Shown here: piece by piece, positions 1 to 16,114 of the stretch
How the letters are laid out: the number at the start of each line of letters is the position of its first letter
How positions within the stretch are numbered: the stretch's first letter is position 1
Source of the DNA: Eledone cirrhosa
Lineage: Eukaryota
Length of the DNA: 64,000 nt
Assembly: GCA_964016885.1 (NCBI GenBank)
Contig: CAXHJY010000050.1
Location: 1 to 64,000, forward strand
Direction of reading: 5' to 3'
The notes under the pieces: model-generated
The model's input: the letters and a program-made list of their open reading frames with translations, nothing else
The model's database searches: none
Told to the model about the DNA's origin: nothing
Position numbers and translations under genes: made by a program

Positions 1-3351
<3,351 letters not shown>

Positions 3352-3621
3352 TCCGGATGGCTTCCAAAAATAATGGTTGCATTTTAAAAGGGTACGTCAA
3401 AGCTTACTTGTAAAACTGTTATATATTGTATTTTGTCTGATGAAGGCATACCATAATTTAATATGGTATCCCTGAAATATGTATAATGAAATAAATATGG
3501 TTTTATAAATATAGTTTCCATTTATTAATATCGTATATCTACTCCAAATACTTGTCGAGTGCTTTATATTAGTTATAAAAATATTTACTTGTTGTATCCC
3601 AACAATTTTAAATAGAACTCT

Positions 3622-3625
<4 letters not shown>
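3352..3625 (+). mobile_element. PLE-like pseudo-LTR remnant, HHR family 1
   Basis: Island between TA arrays, clearly homologous to 50641-51113 and containing an HHR motif. Confidence 0.75.
3429..3493 (+). ncRNA. Type I minimal hammerhead ribozyme (family 1)
   Basis: tattttgt-CTGATGA-aggcataccata/tatggtatccct hairpin-GAAA-tatgta-TA^-atgaaata. Stem I is 8 bp with 2 GU pairs. Predicted cleavage after 3485. Confidence 0.8.
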
Positions 3626-3688
<63 letters not shown>

Positions 3689-4041
3689 TAGTATTGGTGC
3701 TCTGAAATAGCGATGTATATATGAATGTATGTATAGTATATTTGGCAATATACCTTATGTTTAATTGAAAACATTTAATTTTAGCTTGACCGGCAATCGC
3801 TCTGTGTAATTAGCCCCTGATTATTACTGAAATTCTATCAGAATCCAGCCTCTATAATTCATGGCAAAGGCAGGTGAGTGTGTGGCTTTGATAAACGCCA
3901 AGCAGCGAAAAACAGCTGTCAGCCATTCTCCCAGCCTTTGCCGAAAGTATAAGTAAGTACATAATCACTACTTTAAAACCGATACCATATGGTCTTCTAA
4001 ATGTTTTTAATTAAACATACGGTATATTGCCAAATATACTA
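3689..4041 (+). mobile_element. PLE-like remnant with inverted 5' arm, HHR family 2 (decayed)
   Basis: Homologous to 11177-11555. The arm at ~3735-3776 is the reverse complement of ~4000-4041. A decayed HHR lies at 3882-3926. Confidence 0.7.
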
Positions 4042-4085
4042 CACACACACATATAGAGTTTGTATGAAAAATCATGTAAAGTCAC

Positions 4086-4159
4086 ATATCTGAGGAGATG
4101 TCGAAGAAGAGTCGCCTTGATCATAACCGTGCTGATCGATATTGAAACAATTGTAATAT
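4086..4159 (+). ncRNA. Type I hammerhead ribozyme with long stem II insert (family 3)
   Basis: atat-CTGAGGA-gatgtcga...tcgatatt-GAAA-caattg (palindromic stem III)-TA^-atat. Confidence 0.7.
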
Positions 4160-4224
4160 ACAAATAAAGTTTCTACACAAGCTGCAAATTTGACTTCAAT
4201 TATCCCCATCCCTCTCTCTCTGCC

Positions 4225-4314
4225 TATGTATGTATGTATGTATGTATGTATGTATGTATGTATGTATGTATGTGTGTGTGTGTGCGTGTGTGCGTGTGCG
4301 TGTGCGTGTGCGTG
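4225..4314. repeat. (TATG)n/(TG)n/(TGCGTG)n compound microsatellite
   Basis: Directly visible. Confidence 0.95.
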
Positions 4315-4815
4315 TTGTGCTACATCACAACATATGGGCTTCCATTAAAAACAGTAAATATTTCAGTCCCATGAAATATATATTGAATTTATGTGTAATA
4401 AATATAAGCTATCACAACAAACAATTTCTTCTTTTAGGAATCAGTGATTACGTTCCAAAAAACTTCCAATCCTCTAAACTCACAGATAGATTTCCCCTGA
4501 AATAAAATCCTAATCTCCTGATGATTTGCATTCTGTTTGCGGTTTTAAAAAGAGCTTTTATGATTCAACGAGGGGATTTTAACTTGCTCTCATAATAGAA
4601 GGTGTTTTTGTTGCTTCTAAACCATACTCCCATCATATTATCCTCTATCTTCACTTCCCATTTCCATCTTTTTTAGTATTTCATTATTTATACACGCACA
4701 CACACACATATTTTTTCTCGTCACGTGTGCACACGTTTTTACACTCACACGCATGCACCCGCCCCATATATATATATATATATATAATTGCCATCAGCCA
4801 ATGCAGGCTTTCCTT

Positions 4816-4884
<69 letters not shown>

Positions 4885-5074
4885 CGTTATAACTACGTAT
4901 GTGAGTTTGTGTATGAGTATTATATCTTTCTCTGCATTCAATATAACTGTATTTAGATTGTATGATTACGAATATTATATACATATATACATATGTGTAT
5001 ATATGCATTTGATATATATATGTTTATATACACACATATACATAGATAGATATGTGTGTGTATGTATGTAAACA

Positions 5075-5105
5075 CTAGCATGATACCCGTCAAAAGTGAC
5101 GCAGT
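5075..5105 (-). mobile_element. Possible Helitron 3' terminus
   Basis: CTAG next to a cgtca-aaag-tgacg hairpin, the same layout as the other Helitron ends here. No 5' end found. Confidence 0.35.
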
Positions 5106-5249
5106 GTATACAAAAAATATTTAATCTAATGATTCTTTATTTAGAACATTCTCTGAGATTTTCATGAACTTGTTGATTTTCAATCTTCCATCAACACCTA
5201 CACTCCACCACTACAAGCTGTCATACCATAATCTGTCTCTCTGTTGCCA

Positions 5250-5540
5250 ACACTAGATGGTCAGGCTTTCTCCAGCGGCAACCTGGTGTAGTCTGTAACT
5301 AATCCAGGATGTACAGAACTTCGGGCCGAGGAGGGTAAACTCTCAAAATATCTGTAGCTCTCGAGCCCGTAGCAGTGGAGACGTCTTGTGTTCTTGGTCC
5401 TAGGACAATTTCCCTACTCACCAACATCGGTATGGAGTTGGTTACCCGCAGGTGTGAGCCACGGGAGTTGGAATGGCTCTCCCAACGCATGTCCCTCACC
5501 ATTCTCCGAGGATACGTGTTCTCTGTTCTGTCTGCCGGGG
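5250..5540 (+). mobile_element. CRE-like non-LTR retrotransposon 3' fragment (restriction-like endonuclease tail)
   Basis: Translates ..RAEEGKLSKYL..PVAVETSCVLGPRTISLLTNIG..EPRELEWLSQRMSLTILRG, matching the AE..K..KY / P.A.ET.G / QR.S..I.RGN pattern. A homolog lies at 28620-28772. Confidence 0.65.
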
Positions 5541-5674
5541 CCAGGGGGCAGCAAATGTGTGGGATCCCATTTGCTTATAATAGTGAGAGATGGGGAGAGC
5601 GAGAGAAGCGGAGGCAGTGAGTGAAAGAGAGAGAAAATTAAGGCACACTCTCATTGATAAGACAACGAGAGATG

Positions 5675-5858
5675 TTTGCAGCATATAGTCATGCCCCTTT
5701 ACGTTCTGAGTTCAAATCCCGCAGAAGTTAGCTTTGCTTTTCATTCTTACAGGGTCGATAAAATATCGCACCAGTAATGCACTGGGGTCAATTTAATCGA
5801 TTTCGCCCCCCCGCCCACCAAATTTGCTTGCCTTGTGCCTATAGTAGAAAACATTATT
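5675..5858 (+). mobile_element. tRNA-derived SINE family A (5'-truncated)
   Basis: B box gagttcaaatccc and the family core tttcattcttacagggtcgataaaat. Confidence 0.85.
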
Positions 5859-6601
5859 ATGTATTCCTTTTGATTGTATTTCATGTACTTCACAGAAGAA
5901 TAATTAATAAAAGGCTAAGGATAGGTCATCAGTTTAATTCATGAAATTTTCAATTGTTCCTACATCTTTCTCCTAATAAATCTTGGCTTTCATTAACTGG
6001 TCACAATAACTCCCATCACCGCCAGCCCTAGTATTCAGGGGAATAAAAGTACATATTATCTTGGCAAAAATTGTGAAATGTGGAATTAATTCAGAAATAG
6101 ATGACAATATGTTTATGTATAACAGATAACAAAATATGAGAAGAGAGTTTTATAGCATCTCAAAAAATTCAGAAAGTGTCACCAAAATAATGAACGCGTA
6201 CAAAAAAAGTCAGCTAAAAGAGGTCATAAGAGAAGACATAATATGGTTTGAATGTATTTTCATTGTTCAATGTTCAAATACTGTGGACATCATGTCTCAG
6301 AAAATCTCCGTGATAAAGGAGACAAACACAATCAAGTTCATTTCCATCTTCACTATCCAAACGGACCACATACATGGACACAACAGACTTCATATTATAG
6401 CGGCGATGTATGCATATTTATATTTTTAACTGTTGGTCAATCAATGATAAACATTGATTGCCAGCTAAATTATTTATATAAATATACTGAAGTGAAAACC
6501 AAACAGTGAGTGTGTTTTACTATTTTTTGGCAATATTAGGACAACATGACCCTCTCCAAATATAACAATACATATTATAGTTATACAGAGAGAGTTATAA
6601 G

Positions 6602-6824
6602 GGCGGTGGATTGGCAGTATCGGTAGAGGTTGGACGCCATGCTTTGACACATAGAGTTACGGCCCTTTTCATTCTGAGTTCAAATCCCGCCGAGGTTAAC
6701 TTTGCCTTTCATCCTTACGGGGTTGATAAAATAAAGTAACATAACGCACTGTGTAATGATCCTCCCCAAATATAACAACTTTATATTAATTGCTGGCCTT
6801 GTGCCAAAAGTAGAAATAATTATT
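6602..6824 (+). mobile_element. SINE family A
   Basis: A box tggcagtatcgg, B box gagttcaaatccc, core gcctttcatccttacgggg, 3' end ccttgtgccaaaagtagaaa. Confidence 0.9.
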
Positions 6825-6837
6825 GCTTCAAGTAGAA

Positions 6838-7218
6838 ACAATTATTGCTTCAATCCCAGGGCACCAAAATATAGCCTTGAAAGTATTTGAAACAATAACG
6901 TATACTGACTTTAAGATTGTGATGTGGTCAATGCCCCTTAACTGCATCAAGATAATTCCAGTTATCGTAGGAGCTTTGGGATCGATAAAATTAAAAGGGA
7001 AAGGATATTTTGAACAAATAGACATCTAAACATAAATTACTATCCTAGAAAATACTGCCTCGTTGTGAACTATATATATACTTAGGCCAATATTGTTTGT
7101 ATAAGGTCTCTTCTGAAACTCGACCTGCAGTAGAAAATTCAATAATCACTATGTTTACTGTGCAAACCATCACAAATAATAATGATAATAATAATAATAA
7201 CAATAATAATAATAGTAA
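6838..7218 (+). mobile_element. R4/NeSL-type non-LTR retrotransposon 3' fragment with (TAA)n tail
   Basis: ORF 6823-7029 reads IASIPGHQNIALK..YTDFK..W..IIPVIVGALGSI, a restriction-like endonuclease C-terminal pattern. It ends in (AAT)n. Confidence 0.65.
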
Positions 7219-7344
7219 TACACACACATAATATTTGTTCATGTTTTCAAATAATTATTGAAATAGAAAATTGCTGAACGTTTTGTCTGTGTGCTAGCTT
7301 TATATATTTAAATACCCATTCTACTTATATCTATCTTTTCCTCA

Positions 7345-7376
<32 letters not shown>

Positions 7377-8991
7377 GACACACACACACATACACACACA
7401 CACACACATAGATACATATATGATCGTGTGCATATAAGAAGCATTGATATACATTACAAGCTCATATAGTTTTTTATTGTATAGTTTGACAGCTGATCTA
7501 GCATCAGCAGATATTAAAAGCTTTTCAAATATTACAATATCCCCCACTCGAAACATGCATCAGTTACTTCAGCATGAAACAATGACAAATTCAGCCACAA
7601 GCACAAATAGGAAAAAAGTAAGATATGGAAGACAAGACATAATAAAAATAAAAGACAAGAGAAGAAAATACAAGAAAATAGAGAGACACAAAGTATTGTA
7701 TTGAAGAAATACGTTGCTGCAGAAAGACTAAAAGAAGGCAATTATTTGATATGTCTAGCTTAGCAGATTTGATAGGAGTGAACACAACATGTTGAAGCTG
7801 ATTAATCGGATGGAGTAAATCACACATTCAGCAGCTTCTAGTTAATAGCGCTTGGCAGACATAAGATACTTCATAATGGATGCATCGTTTTCAGAATGTC
7901 TTGTTATGGTAGCTGAAGGATATCATTGCAACCTATTGATTATAGAAGCAAGAGCGGTAGAATGGCAGCAATTGTATATTGGTGAATTACATTTTAGAGG
8001 GGAGAAATATTTTCTACTTAGTCTCCTTGTAGGCTAGTTGTAGCAGCCATCACAAAACAAAACTAAAAACCATAGGAACCTTTTTTAGTGACGACCTAAA
8101 TAAAAGCGATTTTATGAAATTTCAAAAATCTAATTTGTTCGTCTAATTTGTTCATTTAATTTATAAATTTTAATCCATTCGTCTAATTTCTTAATTTAAT
8201 TCATGAAATTTAATTTACGAATTTCGACCTCTGGTTTTCCTGAAAACAGAGGTCAACATTATGGGAGGGAGAGAGAGAAGTAACTATTTTATGTTTTACA
8301 CTACGTATTTTTCTTCTTTTGCATTCTAGTATCAAATCTCACAGAGAAAGACTTTTTCCTTCCTTGATTTGATGTCTTGATAAAATAAGTTGCCGAAGAT
8401 GTACATGGAATGATTCAATTTATTTTGTACGGAGAGCAATTCATTATATAACATTATTTTGTATAGGTGAAATAAAAGTTACTCACTATTGAAACCGTTA
8501 ATTAAACTGCACCATGTTCTATATTCCACACGACAACCCATACACTAACGGTTATTCCGTTGAAAAACTGATACACTTAAAGTTGTTTTTTTAACGGATG
8601 ACAAAGGAAGTAGCCATAAATATAATACCTGTAAGGAGAAGCAGGGCCCGCTGGTTGGTGTCTGGGAAAGTGTAGGCTGTTGGGTAGTTAGAAAATTAGG
8701 GTTCACGTCTTGGCCTTCAATCTCTACTCGCAGATAAGAATTGTTTAAACACGTATTTTTTAAAACTCCCAGTGCTAGTGCGTAAGAACAATACCAGGTG
8801 CAAGTGAACATGCGCAAGAGCCAACATGCTGGTGGGTACGTCAAAACTCCGATGATATTTTCATATTTGAATTAATTAAAGAAAAATATGTATTATTTAA
8901 ATAAATCTATGGACTGGAGTTTCGATACCTGTTAGAACTTACGAAATAATGAAATAATTTTGAAACTTTCTGTTAAGTCTAATATTGTATA

Positions 8992-9998
8992 CTAGCAGCA
9001 GGACCCGGTGTTGCTCGGGGTAGGAAACGTGAAATAGCAACATGCATATGCAAAGATTGAGGAATGTAGCTGTGTACTTTTTGAATTCCCTTATTCTCAG
9101 GGAATGATTGTTCATCTACTGGAAACGTAGAACACCAGCAGGCCCGAATCGTGAAACATCTGCATGCATGTGCAAAATCCGAAGAAAATAAGCTGGATAC
9201 TCTTTAAGCGTACTAAATCTTAGAGTATGATTTGTCTTCCATTTGGAGAAAATCGGTTAGGTACTTTTCGAGTTTTATAGATTCGCAACTTCAGCAACAA
9301 AGGTGCGACAAAAGGGGTCACCGCAGAATTAGCACAATCGCTGTTCGGCGTACTTGTGCAGGGCGTTCATACTGCGGTGTAGGTGCACAAAAGGGGTCTT
9401 AGTAGAAGTAGCACAGACGTGAGTTTTACGGTGTCAATAACACGGCAACGTACACAGGGCCCGGATTTGCGCGTGAAGAAAGCACGAAGCGTCAACAGGG
9501 TGCCGACAAAAATTTTAAGGTCCTCCTCATTTCCTCAATCCTTCCTGCTTAAAAGTAAGTAAGTGTTGTGTCCTCTGTTAAATAAACCAAAGTTTTAACG
9601 AGATATTATACGCTAATTACGATGTTTAAGTAGCGTTTATATTGAAAATGAAAATGCCATGTAATGTCCAATGCTAATTCATAAATTTCCGAGAAACCAT
9701 TAATGGAATCGTAAATTTATTAGTCTACAGCAATGCGAGGGCACTAACTAATGTGTGCTGCAAATATCGAGGAAATCGACTGGATTATCTTTAAGTTACG
9801 CCTCAAAAAGCCTAAAAATGCCTAAAAAATGCGGTTTTTTGCCTAATGCAAGGGCAGAAAAAGTTAAAATTTGTTTAGCCCATTGCACTTCAAGAAATAT
9901 AAGTAACGCATGTGTAAAGTTTGAAAAAATCGGTCGGGTACTTCTCGATTTTTAGGGATTTACACAGACAGACATCATCTGTTTTATATAGAGAGAGA
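8992..9998 (-). mobile_element. Non-autonomous Helitron
   Basis: Minus strand starts TC(tctct)atataaaac, has gtctgtct near the 5' end and ends with the cccgagcaacaccggg hairpin plus CTAG. Inserted at A|T. Confidence 0.85.
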
Positions 9999-10849
9999 TA
10001 ATTATTTTGTAGAAATAAAATAATTATGAAAAACATTGGAGATCGAATCCGTTACCTAAGCGTAGTAGAGAGTCCACCAATACACACGATCACCAACACA
10101 TCAACGAGTATTTCGCCGAAAACTAATATACTTAAAGCTATTCCCTTAAATATTAATAAAGTAGCCTTAAATATATTACAAGTTTCTATTAATACAACGA
10201 CCAGTCAGTGGGTGTGTGGGACAGTCTCGGTTATCAGTCAGTCGAATTGCAAGAGTCTGAGCTTCGTATATCTGCTCGAAGTCCTTTCTGTTTTCCTCTC
10301 ATTTAAAGCATTTATCGTCCTTTCCACTACTTTTCTATGCAGCCGGATCTTCTTTACCCCTCCCCCTCTTTTCCTTATTTAATTTTGTTTTTTATCTTTT
10401 TCTTTTTCATCTTTACATCATTGTATAACTTCTTTTTGTAAAATATAGTCGACATAATATATTTATGCATAACTGATTAAATAAAAAAATTGTAAATTGA
10501 AAAAAAAAATTAATACTATTTCTTTCAATTGCTTTAATACCCGACGCTAATGCCCACAACTCGAAACCTGCGCTGCAGGTAAAGTATCAAGATGACTGCG
10601 CATGCACAAAACCTGACAGTCTATCATTTGTGTTGTCTTTAATGTGTTCGGTCCCAGTGGTCAATAAAGAAATTATTATTAATATTGTTTTTTTCTTTTG
10701 TGGTTTCTGTTTGACATTCTGTAGCGCCGCGTCCAAACCATGGGTTTGATGGTTTATAGGGAGTGTGTATCTTGGTTGACACTACTCCTCCTAGTATGAT
10801 TGCTATGCTCAGTTGCATGGTCTTTTGAACTACGTACATATTGATGTTG

Positions 10850-11037
10850 CTGAACAGTTCCCAACCTGGTTATGAGGGAGTGATGTTAGAGCTGTGAAAT
10901 CTTGGATGCATTAATTTCAACTCTTCTTATTAAAACTGCATTGTTCTTTCCAAAGAATAAGTTGAAAAATAAACTCTATTTGGTCATTCCATGAGAGTAT
11001 CTTGGTCAGCATATGAACTTTTCAGTCGACCCTTGTA
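10850..11037. mobile_element. Mariner-type MITE (decayed)
   Basis: Homologous to 23921-24123 and 42761-42961. Right end is aacttttcagtcgacccttg-TA. Confidence 0.7.
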
Positions 11038-11137
11038 TGTATGTCTATATATATGTATAATGTATATGCATGGGATATTCATAATATATATCTAGATGCA
11101 CACATACACAAACAAACACGCACACATACACACACAC

Positions 11138-11176
<39 letters not shown>

Positions 11177-11179
<3 letters not shown>

Positions 11180-11550
11180 TGTATGTATAGTATATTTGGC
11201 AATTTACCGTATGTTTAATTAAAAACATTCTGAAGACCTCGCGCTATCATTTTAAAGTACTGAATATGTCACTTACTTCTTTTTTCGGCAATGGAATTCT
11301 ATAAGAATCCAGCCTCTATAATTTTCGGCAGAAGCAGGGAAGTACGTTGCTCTGAGGAACACCAAATAGTGTGAAACAGAATCTGTCAGCTTCTCTCCCT
11401 TCCTTTGCTGAAAAAAGAAGTAAGTAACATGGTCAGTAATTTAAAATGATAGCGCAAGGTCTTCAAAATGTTTTTAATTAATCATACGGTATATTTCCAA
11501 CTATACTATACATACATTCATGTATACATCGCTATTTCAGAGCATCAATC

Positions 11551-11555
<5 letters not shown>
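11177..11555 (+). mobile_element. PLE-like pseudo-LTR with inverted 5' arm, HHR family 2
   Basis: 11177-11293 is an imperfect reverse complement of ~11402-11520. Flanked by (TA)n and contains an intact HHR. Confidence 0.8.
11349..11390 (+). ncRNA. Type I hammerhead ribozyme (family 2)
   Basis: gct-CTGAGGA-acac(caaata)gtgt-GAAA-cag(aat)ctg-TC^-agc, with a GUC site at 11385-11387. The flanks extend the pairing (tcggcagaagcaggga / tcccttcctttgctga). Confidence 0.88.
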
Positions 11556-11585
<30 letters not shown>

Positions 11586-13599
11586 AAATGGGGAGAAGAA
11601 TACTGCATTGCACATGGATAACATGTTATAAAATGAGTCCCTCATCAGTGATTTGCCAACGATCATAGATATTTCATTGCATTAAAAATCATATACCTAA
11701 GTTATTAGGACAATTAAAACGCGTAAAGCGAGTGAGACAAGTAAACAACAAAGAGAAAAGTTAACCTAAGATAGGAAGAGGCACAAGCTACATAGTTATT
11801 CTATCAGCATAAGCTGGGTGAATATATGAGCGCGTAGAAAATAGACCTTTCGAGATGAATCCAATGTAAGAAAGAAGGAAATTGTTTTCGTCGCGAACGG
11901 GGTGAAGTGAGAAGGGGAGAAACAGTAAGTGAGTGTATATATATTTGTAACTAATTATGTATGGTTAACTATATGTCTAGTCAATTTCTACAGGCTATCA
12001 GAAATACTAGGTAAATTTTCTGTGGCTGTGAATCGCGGATAAAAAGCTATCATTTATTTATCTATTATTTCTCCATATGTATATTTTAAACTTATAGCCA
12101 CGTTTAAATGATTTTTTGTATGGTTGATTATGCTGATTGGGAGAAGAAATAGTGTATATATTTTATCTAATGATTCTATGGACTTACTTTCTTATATATA
12201 TATATATATATATATATATAGGAAGTCTATATATATGTTCTGAGTGTCTTTTGTTTTCTTTGGTGATGCGTTGGGAAATGTTAAGACACACATTGTCATA
12301 TAGAAGTAAGAAAAAATAAATTAATTAGGTAATCGAAGTGTATATAGATAATAAACTCTACCAGAAGATAGTTAAAATTTAGACATATTTATGTGTGGGA
12401 ATAGTGAAATTTTCGAAATGGAGGATGAAGTTAATAAAAGGAACCAGGAAAATAATTTCTTAAGAAATATTACTGACAATAATATTACGTTTATGAAAAA
12501 TGAAAAAGGAATTTCGTAATTCCTTTATAAAATCGTAGAAATCATGAAAGCGCAATGTATATTTTAAGGAGGATTTGAACAAACCTTTCTATAATTTTAC
12601 TTTCTAGAAGCAAATAATGCGTTGGGAAGATGATCTTATTAATTTATTTGGGTAAAAACTTATATTTTATATTATTTTGATTTTTTTAAAAATGTTTATA
12701 ACATAAAAGTAAATCCCATTTCCCTGCGTTGAGCAGATAATACAGTAAATACTTCAAAAATTCTTTGTTTTGCTTCCATTTAAGACTCTTGCCGTTGCCC
12801 ATAAAACAACGGAAGGAAAACTTCACTGTGTCAGGAAGATTTTGACAAATAATATCCTCAAATATTGGAATGGAATTAATAGCAACTGATAGAAATTGTT
12901 TTCCTCAGCAAGAACAATTTATAATCCAATAAAGTCGATGATTTCACTTTATTCATGATAGCTATTTTTCTTTCTTAAAACATCAATTGCCATTCTCTGA
13001 AAGGTAGGCCATTTAAAATATTATTTAACTGATAAGTGACAGTCACGAAATGTTTACTTTTTATACGTAATTAACAGTTTCAAAACGATATAAATATCAA
13101 ATATAAAAACATTCATCCCCTCTATATTTTTCTACAATAGATTTATTTTTCAATTCTCAGCTATTCCATTATTCTATTCCAGCAATAAAAATAGAGATTA
13201 TATTTTCTATTGCTATCGAAATATATCATTTCTTTCATGATTAAAATGACAGAAATTTATTGTCTTTTGTAAATTTCGTTAATAAGGGAATTTCAGTTTG
13301 TCTTTAATTTTATCATTTGTGATTTTTCTACTTCCATAATATATAAACGTGAGCTAGTTTGCCTGGCAATAACAGCGTGCGTTAATTATGATTTACATCA
13401 ATATTTTATTGTTTGCCATCAACAAACAATTTTCAAATTTCGATCCTGACATCTCTGATTTGAGAAAAAATTTAATAGATAATAGAATAGAAAGTCCAGA
13501 AATTATAGTCGCAGTTATGGAGCAGTCGTAAGATTGAAGTATATATATTTATCTCTCGGTGGCTTTTTAATTAACAAGGCGGACGAAATAACTAATATA

Positions 13600-14024
13600 C
13601 TGTAGCCTGAATTAAATACACAAATTGTTGGAGTTAGTGCAATAATACGTCAGCTTCAGGAGCCTGTCATCATTTAAAGGGAGGTAGGTGTAAAAACCAG
13701 AAACTCGTTATCTTCAGTTAGGTGTTCGTGCCTTCTCTTACCTATCGTCATGGATCTTATGTAATGAGCGAAAGAATACCACCACGAAGAGACGAGGCTG
13801 AAATAGAGTTCACTCGAAAGGTTTTTAGAGTAACGTTACTCGATAGTGTGTGTATCTCGGAGATCAGTGAGTCACTCCAGGTAGAGTTGCTACTTTTCCG
13901 AATTGAGAAATTACAGCTCCGATACTATAGGCGAGGTTAGAATGTTTAAAGAAAGAAGAGCTGGGCAGACTAAAACGAACGGCAGGAAACCCCGAGTTAG
14001 ACCATGATGAAAATGGTTGGATAA
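13600..14024 (+). mobile_element. RTE-clade LINE 3' fragment
   Basis: Homologous to 46045-46677 and 22720-23215 (VFVPSLTY..SYVM..AEIEF.RKV..VTLLD). Confidence 0.75.
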
Positions 14025-14395
14025 CTTCTTCACCACGACAATGCATCTGCTCACAACGCTCTGAGCATCCGGCTTTCCTGGCCGAGAAGAACATCGCTGT
14101 ACCGGAACTACCTCCTTATACACCTGATCTTGCTTCGTGTGACTTCTTTTGTTTCCCCAAGCCCAAGGATATCATTAAGGGGACACGTCTCGAAGGCGTG
14201 GATGCCATCAAAAAGGACAGAACGAAGGAGCTGAGGGGTTACCCACAAGAATCCTTCCATCAGTACATAGAAGCGTGGCATAGAAGGTTGGAAAAGAACA
14301 TTAGACTCGGAAGGGGAAACTATGTAGTTTGTTGTTTGGAATTGAAATAAATTGTTTGTGATATTAGACCTGGTACTTTTCAGACTCACCTCGTA
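14025..14395 (+). mobile_element. Mariner (DD34D) transposase 3' fragment with right TIR
   Basis: Translates with frameshifts as LLHHDNASAH..LAEKNIAVPELPPYTPDLASCDFF..KGTRLE..EAWHRRLEK. Ends tacttttcagactcacctcg-TA. Confidence 0.9.
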
Positions 14396-14651
14396 TTTCA
14401 CAATACCAAAATTCCTTTTATATGCACGCAACCCAACAGTTACATGATAGTAATAGACAGTAACACAATACACAACCTCAATTTCCGCACTTCAGTTCAC
14501 ATAAAATCTTGGTATTCCTGTCTATTCAGACATATCTTTCTCCCCTATTTTATCTCTTTTGTAAGGATGTATTTTACTACTAAACTACGTTCAGTAAATA
14601 CGTTCTTGTTTATTTCAAACCTTCTAACTGCATTGCTGCAGCCTTTGAACA

Positions 14652-14680
14652 AACACACACACACACACACACGCACACGC

Positions 14681-14735
<55 letters not shown>

Positions 14736-14924
14736 CCCCCTCTCTCTTTCTCTCTCTATCTCTATATATATGTATATATGTATATATTTATGTGTGTGTG
14801 TTTGTGCGTATGTGCGCTGATATATATGTATATATATAAATATATAAATATATACGTATGTATATACACATATACATGTGTATGTATATGCATATATATA
14901 TATATATATATATATATGTATTTG

Positions 14925-14956
<32 letters not shown>

Positions 14957-14972
14957 TACACACATATACATG

Positions 14973-15008
<36 letters not shown>

Positions 15009-15024
15009 CACGTATATACATACG

Positions 15025-15055
<31 letters not shown>

Positions 15056-15354
15056 ATACGTATATATATATAAATATACATACGTATATATATATATGTA
15101 TATATATACACACACGTATATATATATATATATATATATACGTATATATATATATATATACACATATATACATATACATACGTATATATACACACATATA
15201 CATACATATGCATATATATATACACACACACATATATATATACATATATACATATACATACACATATATATATATATATACATATATATATACATATATA
15301 TATATATAAATATATATATACATATATATATATATATACATATATATATACACT

Positions 15355-15442
<88 letters not shown>
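14652..15442. repeat. (CA)n/(CT)n/(TA,TACA)n compound microsatellite
   Basis: Directly visible. Confidence 0.95.
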
Positions 15443-15445
<3 letters not shown>

Positions 15446-15855
15446 TGGCTGCCAACTTGTTTTCGAGTACGGCCACTACTTTATATCCATGTAGGAGAAT
15501 CCCTACTGATGTGCTGAACGAGTGTGACTTTTTAGTCCAGCCAGCGACTTGAAAACTCTGGTACAAACACTACACTTGTGACAATTACTGACACATAGTG
15601 CTGGGCCCATTGTACCCTGTCCTGTGATGACAAGTGCAGAGAGATCTCCAGATATAAAGCAATGTCTGTGCCGTGAAGCTTTTATAGTGAGCAAAGGCAC
15701 TGCACAAAGCCAGTCCCACTCTCTTAACCAAGATGATATTTACCAAAAAGAAGAACAAGTCAACATCATTGGATACCATCAGAGTTGCGGGTGTTATATC
15801 AGAGTTTTCCTTCTCCTAGAATTCTGCCTTGACAAAGGCTAAGGGGTCATCTCTC
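15443..15855 (-). mobile_element. Non-autonomous RTE-derived element, copy 1 (5'-truncated)
   Basis: Near-identical to 16115-16522. Encodes a [23 protein letters not shown]2H2-like tail. Confidence 0.7.
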
Positions 15856-16007
15856 ATGTATACATATATACATACATATATATATATATACATATATACA
15901 TACATATATATATATCCATACATATATATATATACATACATATATATATATATACATACATATATATATATACATACATATATATATATACATACATACA
16001 TATATAT

Positions 16008-16040
<33 letters not shown>

Positions 16041-16077
16041 TATACATATACACATATATATACATACATACATATAT

Positions 16078-16112
<35 letters not shown>

Positions 16113-16114
16113 CA

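Noticed and set aside
6602-6695. tRNA genes at the A-box/B-box motifs
   Set aside because: No cloverleaf, and each is followed by the same SINE body in about 19 dispersed copies.
7600-8037. Short ORFs that might be a decayed transposase or host exon
   Set aside because: No motif recognised, and all frames contain stops.
11600-11690. Minus-strand CTGATGA next to a TA array as another HHR
   Set aside because: There is no downstream stem II plus GAAA, and the alternative permuted fold lacks a stem II. It may be a deleted remnant but cannot be supported.
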